Source: the human T2T-CHM13v2.0 reference genome, Homo sapiens
Direction: 5' to 3'
NCBI GenBank assembly: GCA_009914755.4
Contig: CP068257.2
Coordinates: forward strand, 33,056,001 to 33,120,000
DNA: 64,000 nt
In this document: in pieces, positions 14,830 to 29,300 of the stretch
How the letters are laid out: every line of letters starts with the position of its first letter
How positions within the stretch are numbered: the first letter of the stretch is position 1
Translations under genes and position numbers: made by a program
Notes under the pieces: generated by a model
The model's input: only the letters and a program-made list of their open reading frames with translations
Told to the model about the DNA's origin: nothing
Databases searched by the model: none

Positions 14830-15200
14830 CATCAGTGTGGCCGCCCCCCACCATTGGTTTGACTCTTATTCGGCTCGGAGCCTTATTTCTGCTGCTGGGT
14901 TTTGCTGGCTGTTGCTGTCCTCGCTGTCTATTTTTTCTCCCCACTAGAGCGCAGGCGAGGGAAGACAAAAGACGGAGAACGACGGTTCACCCGGGTGGTC
15001 TCCTCTGCGGCTGGCGTTCCCCTGGCCTTACAGAGAGGCTAAGAAGCAGAGACGCCTTACAGATAGTCTGCATAGACGCCCTGTATGGCCCATCTGCTCT
15101 GCCCTTGTCCCTTTCATTGTACGATGGCTTGACGCCTGCTCCACCTCAGGTAGCTCCATCTTGCGCCTAACCAAGAGGTGGGGGATAAGACCAGCGAGGG
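14830..15200. other. Unexplained CpG-dense block (~18 CpG in ~370 bp) in CLIC6 intron 1; unmethylated CpG island or young retroelement-derived segment
   Basis: gtggccgcccccaccattggtttgactcttattcggctcggagcc...agagcgcaggcgagggaagacaaaagacggagaacgacggttcacccgggtggtctcctctgcggctggcgttcc...gacgcc...tacgatggcttgacgcctgc...tgcgcct. CpG retention is far above the flanking intron. I cannot assign it to a repeat family from memory. Confidence 0.3.
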
Positions 15201-18200
15201 TCTCTAGTTTGCTAATATAGACTGTAGAGGAAGAAGGGAGAAGAAGGTGACTGAGCTGAGAAAGGCTTGGGCAGAGGGTGCAGGGAGACAGCTGAGCGGA
15301 CCTCAGTGGTGGGTCTCATGACTGGGATGCAATGAGACTGATTTTCCTCCTTCTCTAAGGGAGACTTGACTTGTTTCTAAGGGGAAACAGAAATTCCAGA
15401 ATTTGAGCTGAAGTAGCAAATTCTGATGGCCGCAATGTCAAAATTTCCCCCAAAGAAGCCTGCTTGTATTCTATGACTCCTTCGAAGGTGTCCAAGTCCC
15501 TTCTAGAAATTGTGAAATAGGTTTGGCGTGGTGGTGTGAGCCACTTGTCCAGCCAGGATCTTCCTTTCTAATCTCTCAGGGCACCTTTGTGAAGCTGCTC
15601 TCAGTGTGGGGTGAGGGAATGAGGTGGGCCAGCTCTCTCGCAGTTCAAAGAGAGAGCAAAGGGCTCCTTCTTTATTCTTCCCTTGCCTGAGGAGGACCCT
15701 GCCCACACCTGCATCTTTGAAGCCAACAGCCCTCTTGTTTCTTCCTCATGAACTGCAGTTCCAGATGCAGGGAGAGGGTGGAGCAGAGAAGGAGATGGAT
15801 TTCTGGGCAATGCACCTCCCCTTTGGTTTTCCACACCTCCAGCAGTCGTGGTGAGACCCACTCTTAGGAAGACGTTGTCAGTGCTCAGCACAACCCCACA
15901 GGTGCGTGTTGACATTGGAGAAGCCCAGGTGAACTGGTGTTCGAAGGTACTTGGATGAAGAATGATGTTTTTCCTTTGGGGATTGGGAGGTGCGTGCAGA
16001 ACAACACCAGAGATGGCTTCCACGGTCTGTGTTTCAAACCACGTGCCTTGTATCTCACTACCATTCGGAGTATTATTGTTTATTATTATGTCTTGCTCAT
16101 TCTCATTGCAAGTCCACTTTCTTATATAGAAGGTGCTCTAACAAGTGTCTCGTTTGGTGAGTTAAGGGATCTGAAGCTTTTTTTTTTTTTCCTGAGAATC
16201 TTCTGGGGCTGGATGGACTTGGTGTCCACTGATACTGCTTGACACAGCTCCAGGGGCACTAAACTCCCCAGTGCAGGCTGGAATACAAATGCGCCCTGAG
16301 ACGCTGTGCAATGTCAGGCTGGGGCCTTCTCTGGGGACTGCGGCTGCTGAAGATTTTTCTTTTCAATCCACTTTCTTAGGTTTGGCAGAAGCTTTCGGAC
16401 AACTCCATGTCTTTGTTGGCTCTCTGATGTTTCCTTGAACGCTTTATCATTTTTGATTCACCCCAACACAGCGTGAAATTATGCTTCTTGCTCCACACTG
16501 TCTTATCCAAACAGATTCTTCTCTTTTCCTTTTAGGAGCCATTCTGACTCTAGCTCTCTAGTCTTGAGGCTAGACAAGTTTCTTCTCCTTTATTCTTGGA
16601 AAAGACTTTCATTATTTTCTGAGTCTGTTTCCCATAGTTGGATCACAGGAACTTGTTTGGAGCTTCCGGCAGGAATGTCCAGACCCTTGTATATTCCCTG
16701 ACAAAGGACAGACCTCTTGATGGGTGAGGGTGGGGTGAGTGGGGATCTTTCTCTGGTCCGGCTCACAGCTCAGAGAGGGTGAGGGCACAGCGCTGCCTGG
16801 ATATCCAGCGGTGCAGGATCAGCCTCGAGGCCAGTGCTGTCACCCCACAGCACAGCCAAGTTATCATCACATGACATTTTCTTCTCGAAATAGACAAGCA
16901 CATATCTTTCCCTATTTAATTGCCTGCTGGTACCTTATTGTAAAATATTTGCAAGTTATTCTCTGTAGAGAATATATTTTATCGCCTCCTTTTCGAATTC
17001 CAGTTTTCTAAAGCCTCACTTTCCTTTATCCCTTAACACAGGACTGAAATATGGCAGTTTCTTAAGTCACTGGACTTGCCTAGATTGGATTTAGCGTAAC
17101 ACATGAGCTTATTTGGAAAATGCCAGCCTCTCCTTTGTGTGGTGTAGGTGTGTTTGTTCATCTGCAGGTGGCAGATGAAGTGACTCATTACCCTGACACT
17201 GGGTTGCTGTGTTCGCCATATGATTCGCAGCCAGTTAGGGACATTGGTTTCCTGGTCACTGAGCACAACTGCCCCCTTTGAAAACAGGAGCCTTTGAATA
17301 TCTGCTCCTCAACTGCTTTATGGACAATTACATGAAGCTGATTTCAGCCTGGGTCAGGGTTAGTGAATCCTGAAATAGTGTGGGTGCCCCCTCCTTTTCT
17401 TTTCCCCAGGGTGAGGGTGGGAAAGGAGTTATAATACATGTCAAAAAAAAAAAAAAAAAAAAAGCATGTGGCACAGAAAAGAATTCCTTATAATAAAGCC
17501 CAGACTTGGCCAGTCAGGCTGGTGTTTCTCCCTGTTTGGAGAGCAGCTGATCCCCTTTGGTCTTGGGCCACGGCCTTCCTCTCGTGTGGGTCAAACCAGG
17601 CCATATAGTTGTAGTCACTCACAGTGGAAAATGGGGGAAGGTAAAGTTTCCAGATAATTCCATAATGTCTGAGGTATCCTAAAGCTCTCTCTCTAAATTG
17701 CTAACTTCTACAGGGAGGTATTGTATGTCTTTGCTCACTGACAAAGAACTTTCAAGGTTAGCAAATAAATTTTCCATGAACTAGGAACCCTTTAACTTGT
17801 AAAGATTCAGAGACTACAAGGAAATGCAAAACTGGAATCTAACAGTTAAAACTGGAGAAGTCACTCCTCTGAACATATTGATAGTTCTAATAAAATGTTG
17901 TGATTTCCCTAAATGCCACACTTTTTTTTTGATTCTGACCCTGATTTCCCTTCTCTTGAAGCTTAAAGCCAAGTTTTCTGATTTAATACATAATATGATT
18001 TTTATGCACTCCTGGTTGATTCTTTTGTCTGCTTTCACCAATGCAAAATGTCAGGCTGGCTTAAGTGTAAAGCTTGTGAAACCCGAAGTTTTGGTTTAGT
18101 AATACAGGCTTTCCTTTCAATCTCTGTGGCCAGGAAAAAAAAAAAGGGAGTGTCGGGGAAAACTAGCAGGTTGATACAGATGAGGTTTCTTAAACATGAG

Positions 18201-20512
18201 GATATAGGGCAAGGTTTACCAAATTTGCATTTAAATGAAAAATACCATCCCACTCTACCATTGATCTGGTGTTTGGTCCTACAGCACATTGTGCAATTGC
18301 CTTGCTCCTTTACAAGCAATTTTGTTTGTGCTGAGAGCCGTTCATTTGCGTGCTTTTTTTGTTGAAATTGTTCCATTAAGGAAGGCAACTGCAGGAGAAA
18401 CTGATGATGTAATTGACTACAGGTGGCTCTTGTTCTTTTTGCCCTTTAAAATGAAGCAAAACTTTTCAATGAACGTGTCATCCATGAGATCTATTGAGAA
18501 CTTTAATTTAGCAATCCAAATCTTCTTAGTATTTTAGGTTGCTATTTTTTTCAGTATTCCAGGTGACTTAATTTTAACATTTGAATACTAGGATACTTTA
18601 TGGTAACAATGACCAGCTGTAGTCACTAAGACAGTTTCTCAAAACTGCCTCAAACTTTTTAGAAAGAGATCTGACAAGCATGTCTTTACAAAATGTAATT
18701 TATTAAGACAAGAGTGCTCATTTAGCTTTGCCACTTCTTCAGCCACCTCTGAGAAGGTGTCACCGTTGAGAAGGTATAGAAAAGTTATGAAAACGAACAC
18801 CTTCACTTTGTGTATAAGGAAATGGACAGATAGTGTCAACTCATGGGGAGGTTAGAGGTCACTGGAGCTGGTGCCCCCTTTTAGTTTGGCCTGAGGGAAG
18901 ATGACCACATATGTAGCTTGACGGACTGTGGCTTTTTTCTAGACAATCCTCTGTGATTCAGACTTTCATGAAAGGCTGGTGGGGGCATTTGTAGATAGGT
19001 GGATTCTCCCAGATCTCGCAAATCATACCACATAGATGATCACCTGCTTTCTACCTGACTGCAAAGCCTCTGATTTCTGGAGTCTTTTAAAAGGAAGTGT
19101 TCTAAAATCTATATTGGCTCTAAACCTGATCTCATAATAATTCCCTTAAGAACCCTTAAGATATTTCTGTTTACTCACTAGTTTCAGTGTAAACAAAAAG
19201 TACTATACAATTCCCAGCTCCCAGCTGCAGAGAAGTTTCATATATTGGTCATTGAAACTGACCTGAGTATGTTTGAAGGACTGGACTTTTTTCATTGTTA
19301 ATAGATTGCTCTAGGCCTTTGGCCTCTTTAAAACTTAAAAACATTATAAGGAAAGAGGAAGAGAAGGCAGGTGCCTCCCCGGACCCCCACCTCCAGGGAG
19401 CTGTGCATTTCTAAAGAACTTTGCAGAAGAGCTGGGGAATTCTGAACCAGTTGAGAAAGCTGAGTCTGAACACTTTTAGAGATAATTAGAATTTCTTTTT
19501 CTTGGTCTGCTCTGCCAGCATATGGGGTGACCCTACTCTCCCACCACTGGACTTCCTCCCCAGCCCCACCCCTTGTTCTTTAATGAGAGTCGAGAAATAA
19601 TTTACCAATCGTAAATTGCTGTTTTCCTAACATAAGGCAAAGTATGCACCATCTAGCTGCTGACCTCAAATCAAGATGCATTTTTAAAAGCACACTGTTC
19701 AGGTCCTAATTCTGTTTGAGGTGCCTAGACAAAAAGACATTGCCTTCTTCCGGTGATTCTTTTGTGAAGTCTAGGAGGTCTGTCAGGGGTTAGAAAGACC
19801 AGCTTGTCCTAGTTTTTCCAGGACTTTCCTGGTTTTAAAACTGAAAATCCTGTGTAGCAGGGAATCACTGAGTCCCAGGGAAATCTAGATGGTTTAGTCC
19901 CCCACTAGGGGCTAAAAACTAACTTGTAGCATTTTCCCACAAAACCTAATTAGGAATGGAGACCGTAAAAGGGAAAGTGATAAATGAGTGCATCTCTTGA
20001 CCACTAGGGGGCACCAATGGCCTCCAGAAGTTGTTTCCCTACCTTGACGTTTGAGGGTAGGTTCTAAAAACCATAGTAAGGAACCAAGATTTAAAAAGGC
20101 AAAATGTCATGGGTAGTCCCTTCATCCTCTTGTGGTGATGATCCAGGTCTGTGCCCTGTTAGATTTTTGGCTAGAGGGACCTCAAATCACTCTTGCCAAG
20201 TTGAAAAATTGGCGAAAAATAACCATGTGAAGCCAAATAGAAAGTTCCATTTGGAGCTTGTCCATTAGAAGCTGTGGCCCCAAAGGTGATGTGAAGGAAC
20301 AAGCAGGCCTGCCCACAGTTCAGGTCGAAACAGTTACTATAGTTCACAAGTCGACGTAGAGGAGTTGTGGTCTTGCCTTGTGACAGGGTTTGGATCTGTG
20401 TCCCTGCCCAAATCTGACAGCGAATTGTGATCCCCAGTGCTGGAGGAGGGGCCTGATGGCGGGTGATTGGATCATGGAGAGAACTCCCCCCTTGCTGTTC
20501 TCTTCATAATGA

Positions 20513-20860
<348 letters not shown>

Positions 20861-20871
20861 AAGATCTGGTT

Positions 20872-21108
20872 ATTTTTTTGTTTCTCTTTTTTATTTTTGA
20901 GACAGGGTCTCGCTCTGTTGCCCAGGCTGAAGTGCGGTAGTAGAGCAGTGTGATCTCAGCTCACTGCCGCCTTGACCTCCTGGGCTCAAGCAATCCTCCA
21001 GTCTCAGCTTCCCAAGTAGCTGAGACCACAAGTGCATGCCACCATGCCCAGCTATTTTTTGTTTGTATTTTTTTGTAGTGACAAGTTTTCACCATGTTGC
21101 CCAGGCTG
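20872..21108 (-). mobile_element. Alu SINE, 5'-truncated (~235 bp), minus orientation, second insertion at the same LTR target site
   Basis: ttttgagacagggtctcgctctgttgcccaggctgaagtgcggtag...tgtatttttttgtagtgacaagttttcaccatgttgcccaggctg. Flanking direct repeats aagatctggtt / aaatctggttg. Confidence 0.9.
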
Positions 21109-24100
21109 AAATCTGGTTGTTTAAAACTGTGTGGCACCTCCTCCTTTGCTCTCTTCCTCCTTCTCCAGCCATGTAGGATGTGCCTGCTTCCCCTTCACCT
21201 TCTGCCATGATTGTAAGTTTCCTGAGGCCTCCCCAGCCATGCTTCCTGTACAGCCTGCAGAGCCATGAGCCAATTAAACATCTTTTCTTTATAAATTACC
21301 CCATCTCAGGTAGTTCTGTGTAGCAATGTGAGAATGGACTAATACACCTTGGTTGTTAGAGGTTTGGTGCAGGGATTCTCACTTTTTCTCCATGGCATCC
21401 ATGGCCATCATGCAAGTCTTTGGAAAATGAGCAGAGTGGCTCTATGCAGGAAGTTTCTGAAATAGGCTAAGTACTACCTGCTTCAGGGTTTCCTCCCTCT
21501 GCAAGTTGATGAGTAGTTGACCTGCTGAACTGTGCTGGGGAAAAGTTGAGGATTCCCATGTGGAAATTCAGCTGTATTCATTTTCTATCATTGCCATAAC
21601 AAATTACACCACAAGCTTGGTGGCTTTGAATAACTCCAATTTATTAACTCACAGTTCTGTTGATCAGAAACTTGACATGGGTCTCACTGAACTAAAATCA
21701 AGGCACTAGCAGGGCTGCATTTCTTTCTGGAGGCTCTAGGAGATAATCCAGGTCCTCACCTCCCCAGCTTCTAGAGGCTGCTTGCATGTCTTGGCTCATG
21801 GCCCCATCCTCCGTCTTTACTCCAGCCATATTTCATTTCTCCGACCCTTCTTCCCTAATCAAACCTGTCCTGACCACAGCTGGGAAAGGTTCTCATTTTC
21901 AAGCGCTCATGTGATGAGATTGGGTTTGCCTAATAATCCAGGATAATCTCCCCATGTCAAAATCCATAACCTTGATATCATTTGCAAAGTCATTTTTGCC
22001 ATGCAAGGTAATGCATTCACAGATGCTGTGAACTAGTACATGGACATCTTTGAGAGGTCATTATTCTTCCTACTGCACGAGTAAATGCCCCAGAGCTTGT
22101 TCTCTCACATTCTGTCATGGTCATTCCAGGCCATGGCCAGAGAGAGTGTGGTCAAGGGTTGACCTATTTGGAAAGTCAGTTTGTGGTTATTTGCTTGGCT
22201 GTGTTGGGGATTGCCCTATTGACCCTAACCAGTGTCTTCTCAGACTCTGAAATGAGAAAAGCAAGTCTGAAAAGTCCCTTTCCTACATGAGGAAGTGGCC
22301 TTACTTGGTGTGCTATGCTCTCTGGGTGCTTTTATTGAAAGCTATTCATAGCCAAGGCAGACATTGGTTTTACCTGCCTTAAAAAATTCCAGACCCAAAT
22401 TCTTTTGGCTAAACGACATGAAATGTGCTACTTGGGGCCATGATGGCCTGGATTAAAGCAGATTCGATGAGATTTTCCAAGGAGATCCATGGCCCTGCCT
22501 GCCTTGTTGGAAGAAAGGGTGGAATTGTTTGCCCAGATGCAGGCTTTGCAGGACTTCCTGGTTTCTGCATGTGGATGTCTGCCCCACTAGGTTGTCTAAG
22601 GGCATGGGAATGGAGGATGAGGCCTGTTGTTAATAAGGCAGAAGGACATTTTGCACTCTAGGTGTTGGTGTGGGGGAATGCAACATCAAACCCATTGTCA
22701 TCTGGAGTTGTAGCAAGGGTTTCCTACAGAGGGGACAGAATATGCACACATGACTAGAGACCCCCCCCATCCCTGGCCTACCTGGCCACCAAAGTTGTCC
22801 ACCAGGGCTGCCGAATGTTTTCTCTCCAATGCCCCAAGCACACAGGGCATGCATGTTTTACAGCCTCAACCCAGCTCCATTTTCTGTCCTAACCACTGTT
22901 TGTACTTTGCACTTTCCACCTGCTTCTGATATGTGTTCTCTTATCACCATGGATTCCAAACCTTACAGAGCAGAGCTGGGTAAAACAAACAAACAAACAA
23001 ATAAACAAGCCAACTCCCATCACTCTGAGGAAGGACCCTGCTGGCCCTGGGGTCCCCTCCATTTGTCCAGGGTGGGAATGAGAGAATGGATCCTAGCTGA
23101 CTGCCTGGGTTCAAATCCTGCTTTGTGACCTTGGACAAGTTTCTCTACCTCTCTGTGTCTTGGTTTTCTTAAATGGAGACAGTAGTAGTACCTACACCTG
23201 ATAGGGTTGTTGCTAGGATTAAATCTGAGTTGATACAAGTGCTCAGAACCATGAGTAGTACAGAGCACATGCTCCATATGTGTTAGTTGCTATCATTATC
23301 ACTTTCATCATTACCATTATTATTTTGCAACATAACCATTTTGCTCATCATCACATTTGTAAAAGACAGAACTGGAATCTGCGATCTTCTTAAGGCCTCA
23401 GGTGTATTATTTTGAGAAATGCATGTAATTATGTATCTCCTTTTTAGAATGAGAATTGGGGGCATGTTCCAAGGTGGCATGTATGAATCGATACTGATCT
23501 TTTGATCTCTAAATTCCTGGGACGCGGCACCCGTTCAGGTACACAGGGCACTCTTTTCTCACCAGCTGCTGATGGGTTGGGGATGCCTGCAGGGTCTTCT
23601 GATTGGACTTGGACAGAGATTCTTGCTTTTCTCTTTAATCCAGGGACAGTATAGAGGATCAAAGAGAAATTGCAGCCTTTGTTGAGAGTGATTTAGAGAT
23701 TCAGAAATGAGGAGGGCCTGGTGTCTGGCCCATTTGGGTGGTGCCCTTTGGTCTGGAGTGTCTGTCACAATTCTGGGGTAGGTTTGCCACCTGTGCTACG
23801 CCAGTGATTTTTTTAACTGCATCTCTAGTTGAGCTGAGCAGCAGACTTTTCCAAAGGTGGCCAAAGCCAGGAGGGGAAAGGCCGTCCCTGTATTAGCTGG
23901 TTCTCCACAGACTTGGGGAGTTTGTTAGGCTTGTCTTAAATTCTCATCTCTTCCCTGAACACTGACAGACCTCAGCCCTGTTTATCTGGTCCCTTCCCCT
24001 CCCCTCCCCTTCCCTTCTCTTCTCAGCAGCTGTTATTTCCCTATCTTTGGTCCCACCTCCTCAGCATTCAAAGTGTTAACCATCAAGTCTGATGGATGCA

Positions 24101-24435
24101 TCTATGCTGGTGTTTTCATTAGCGAGGAGCAAAGGCCTGCTTCTTGGTGAGGAAAACATCAACAATGGTATTTCCCCATCTAAAAATAAGGCTTTTATCT
24201 GGGCAGACAATAGGGTGACCAATAATCCCAGCTTGCCCAGGACTTAGGGGGAGATGGTGGGATTTTCAGTTTTAAAATCAGGACAGTCCTGGGCAAACCA
24301 GGGTGAGTTGGTCACGCAGTGATTGTCATTTTGGGTGGGTGGAGAAAGGAGCCCCTGACAGGCAAGCTGGGGAGACATTTGGGGATAGTTGAGGCCAGGA
24401 GAACTGCGGGGCCTGCCAAGGCTCTCCTTCAGGAG

Positions 24436-24745
24436 GAGTGGTTTTGCTGTCTCTGGCTGCCTGTGATGAGGAATCTCATAGGCCTGTGAGGACAGGGTTT
24501 TGCTGTCTTTATAGGAGCTCACTGTGATGAGGAATCTCATAGGCCTGTGAGGACAGGGTTTCGCTGTCTCTATAGGAGCTCACTGTGATAAGGAATCTCA
24601 TAGGCCTGTGAGGACAGGGTTTCGCTGTCTCTATAGGAGCTCACTGTGATGAGGAATCTCATAGGCCTGTGAGGACAGGGTTTCATTGTCTCTGTAGGAG
24701 CTGCCTGTAATGAGGAGTCTCATAGACCTGTGAGGACAGTGGTCA
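24436..24745. repeat. 60-bp minisatellite, ~5 copies (gaggaatctcataggcctgtgaggacagggtttcgctgtctctataggagctcactgtgat)
   Basis: Perfect and near-perfect 60-bp periodicity is visible at 24475, 24535, 24595, 24655 and 24715. Confidence 0.9.
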
Positions 24746-24940
24746 TGTGCTCCATGATGTGAGTTTTCATGGGGTACCTTCCGTGGTCCTGGCCCTGTGC
24801 TTCCATGGGGAGTGGGAAGAAAATTCACATGGGCCACGCCACAAGGAGGCATTAGCACTTGTTCTGTAGGGAGGCTGACACTGTCCTGCTCTGAAGGAAT
24901 GTCACCTACAGGAAACAATTAGTAACCAATTGGGTGCTAA

Positions 24941-25153
24941 AGGAAGGAAGGAAGGACAGAAGGAAGGAAGGAAAGAGACAAAAGGAATGAAGGAGGAAGG
25001 AAGGGAGGGAGGGAGATAGGGAAGGGAAGGAAAGGGATGGAAGGAAGAAAGGAAAGAGAAAGACAGAAGGGAGGAAGGAAGGAAAGAGGAAGGAAGGAAG
25101 GAAGCAAGGAATGAAAGAGAAAGACAGACGGAAGGGAGGATGGAAGGAAGGAG
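24941..25153. repeat. (GGAA)n / (GAAG)n-rich interrupted microsatellite, ~210 bp
   Basis: aaggaaggaaggaaggacagaaggaaggaaggaaagagac...gaggaaggaaggaaggaagcaaggaatg. Pure purine strand on +. Confidence 0.9.
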
Positions 25154-25805
25154 AGCAGATTATCCAAGGTCCTAAGTGTTGTGTCAGGCATTGTTCTAGG
25201 CGTCGTATGTGTACCATCTCATTTAATTCTTATCCAGCACTAAGAGGTAGGTACTATTATGCTTTCATTGTACATGAAGAAAGACAAGACACTAGAAGGT
25301 CAGGTGACTTGCCAGTGGTCACACTGCCTGGGAGCACTGTGATTCCAATTTGCATTTTAATAACATTCCAGCAGAATGACCTAAGGAAAATGGCATCTTA
25401 TCAGGGTTAACCTTGTCCAGGATACGGGTTAGGAATTCCAGCCAGAGAGACCCCCCAGGCCCGAGGCTCTGAGACCCGGCAAGAGTGGCTTCAAAAGCAG
25501 AAACGCTGTGCTGGGCAAGAGACTGATGATCAGGTAAAGGGTAGGGAAGAGTCCAGTTTCCATCTTGAGCACCAGGAAAAACAGTGGGGCCATTGAGTGG
25601 AGAGAGGAGAGCGAGAGAGAGAGCGCACTTTATTCTTTGAAGTCTATTTGCATCTTTGGCCAGGTTATTTAGCATCTCTGAAGTTCAGTTTCCTTGTTTA
25701 TAAAATGGGATGAATAATAGGACATGTCTTACACGATTTTAAGAGGATTAAATTCAACAACATCCACAAATGATTTAGAACCTTACCTGAAGTCAGAGTA
25801 GGTAG

Positions 25806-26147
<342 letters not shown>

Positions 26148-26792
26148 TATTATCTGTTTTTAAAGTCACCTTAGAAATTGTTGCTTTTTGGAGGATATTC
26201 TCCTTAATTCCTGTTCTGCAAAGGAATGGGCTAGTTTGTTCCTCCTGCATCTTGTTATTGAAGCAGCATCGTTCGTAATACTAGAGGTTCGTTGCCTCAT
26301 GCCAAGGAAATCAAGGACACAGATACACGTGAAGTGAGGTTAAGAACGGAGGTTTAATAGGCAAAAGAAAGAGAAAAAAGAATAGCTCTCCTTCCTGCAG
26401 AGAGACAGGGGCACCCCAGTGGGTCTTCTGTTCCTGTGGTGAAGTGCATGGGGTTTTATAGACTGGCTTGAGGAGGTGGTGTTTGATTTAAATAGAGCCC
26501 AAAGATTGGTAGGACTGGGCATGATGTTTACATAGGGCAGGAAGAAGCTGGCTACCACCCCACCCTAATCTTTTTTTAAGCCGGCTGGAGCCACGTTGCC
26601 TGTTCCTTCACTGTACACGTGGTTGATAAAGCAAAGGGAAGATGGAGCCGCCATGTTGAACATACCTGGCCCCCAGGTGGCCTTTTCCTATTGTCACATC
26701 TGCCGGCATTCACCGGTGTCAGCTTCCAGCTTGCTTATCCGTGTTTGCAGCTTGATTTTATAGGCTGCTTTTTGTTAGAAAAGAAATGATTT

Positions 26793-27085
<293 letters not shown>

Positions 27086-27646
27086 TTATTAAAAGGGAAA
27101 CCTTAGTGAGGACTTCCTTACCTCACTACCTGCCTAAATAATTTCTTTTTAACTCCTGTATCATTATAACCCTTCTTCACGTGCTTCCGCATTCCCATGG
27201 TGTTGAACTTCAAGCTGTCATGGGGAGTGGCTGTGTTCTCCTCCCATTCCTTGGAATTCCCTCTCTTCGAGGGGGTGGTAGGAAAAGTCAGCCGCCCACT
27301 GCTCAGGCTTTCTTAACACCGACCCCAACAGTCAGAAGGGACCTTAGCCTTTTCACCGCTACAGAGGACTGTGGTGTCATTTCTGGAAAAGGAAGCAGTT
27401 CTCTGGACGCTTGCCACCTCCGCCACGGGTCAAGGTGTGCTCAGCCGTCCAGGTGAGCCCTTCTCTGGACCTTTCACAAGAGGTTTGTCTGGCTCCTAGA
27501 TACGAATGCCTGGCCAGGGATTTTTGCCTTTTTGTCTCCTGGCTGAAGATCTGTTTGCTTTGCAATTTAGAAAGGGACTTAAGTTTTTAATTTTCACTTG
27601 GAGTAGGTATAGGATGTGTTACTTTTTAGGAGAAAAAAAATCAGTG

Positions 27647-27918
<272 letters not shown>

Positions 27919-28022
27919 TCAGTGGTTCTTTAAGGACTGCACAATTTGGCATAAAAATCTCACTAATTGAGGCTCGTTAAAAGGCACCCTGCACTCCGTA
28001 ATTGTCTGCTCTGGTGTGTTCA

Positions 28023-28075
28023 GGTTTGGAAGAGTAATGATGATGATGTTGATGATGATAATGACAATAATAGCT
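28023..28075. repeat. (ATG/ATA)n-like trinucleotide simple repeat
   Basis: aatgatgatgatgttgatgatgataatgacaataatag. Confidence 0.8.
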
Positions 28076-28639
28076 ACCTTTATTGGGTGCCCAGGGATTC
28101 CAGTGTATCACACACAGATCTTGCATGATGTAGGTGCATGTATCCCTATTTTTTTAAAAAAGGGAGAAACTGAGGCTCAGGGAGAACAACTGAATCGCCC
28201 GAGGCCACACAATTAGTAAGTAGGGGGCCAAGGTTCCAACAGCTCTCCCTGGCTCCAACGCCAGCACCCATTCCCGTCCACCATGTTGCCTTGGAGAAAC
28301 CTGATGTTGCCTGAAAAGGGAAATTTCAACTCCTCAGGCAAATGGATAAACTCATAATTTTTTTTTAATTTACAGAACTATTCAAAATCAAGAAGTCTCA
28401 TCAATTTAAATATTGCATTTTAAGTTATAACCATCAGACTGGGGGCTGGGCACAGAAGGCAGCCTGGCGGACTTGCTGCGGGTGACTCAGGCCCTCTCAC
28501 TTTCTCTCCCACCTCCTCTTCTCCTCCTCCCGTAGATGTGACTCTCGGTGGGTGATCTCTTAGTAGTGAGAATTTGTGAACTTCTGGAAGGGAAAAAGCT
28601 CATGGACTTTGGCCCAGGAAAGAATGAGCAGGGAGGAGC

Positions 28640-29300
28640 TGTGAGGCACTTTCTACGGGGGACCCGGCCCCAGGCGCATGGGAGCCACTGGATTCAGGCC
28701 CCCGTCATTTTGTGAGCGTTTCCTGTGCTCTAGGAACACCCTGATGACCGAAGATGGGGGGCTGTTGACTCCGGAAACCCTCATAGAAAGGGGCAGAGAG
28801 ACCCCAGCTCCCCCACCTTTTCCTCGTGGAAGCAATGGAAGACCCAATAGGGCTGAAACCTGCCCGTGTCCCAGGACCGTCTGCAGGGGATGGGACAATC
28901 TCTGGGTCCTGTCTTGATCCAAATATCAGGCCTCCATGCAGAGGCGTGGGGGCGCAGGCTGGGGGCGTGGCGAGCAGCCAGGGCTCCCGCGTGTCTCTTT
29001 CACAAGCACCCGCCATTCCATATGCCAGATGCTGACAGTAATATCCCTCAGGCTCTCCTGGGTTGAGTTTACAACTCACACATTCCACGAGGGGTGTTCA
29101 TCAACCCCGTACGTCAACCCCCTAGCGTCAGTTGTACATGCAGTGAAATTTCCTGTGCTTCAGGGACTGACACCCAGCCTCCATGGGCAGGGCAGGCGCA
29201 GCGGAGGTGGGGAGGGCTGGCTGTGTGGCTTGAAGGCCAAGATCTTCCTGCTTGGCCACGAAATGCATGCTTGACTGCCAGTGTCCAAAGTGTGTGAGGC
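28640..29300. promoter_or_regulatory. GC-rich block (~60% GC, ~22 CpG in 660 bp) in CLIC6 intron 1; candidate intronic CpG island, enhancer or alternative promoter
   Basis: Base composition and CpG count read directly (ccggccccaggcgcatgg..., gggcgcaggctgggggcgtggcgagcagccagggctcccgcgtg...). The overlapping ORFs are Pro/Gly/Arg-rich junk. No recognisable repeat. Confidence 0.3.

Noticed and set aside
24941-25217. Minus-strand ORFs of 84-103 aa encoding poly(LPSF) peptides
   Set aside because: Direct translation of the reverse complement of the (GGAA)n microsatellite (TTCC repeats give Phe/Leu/Pro/Ser). Not a gene.
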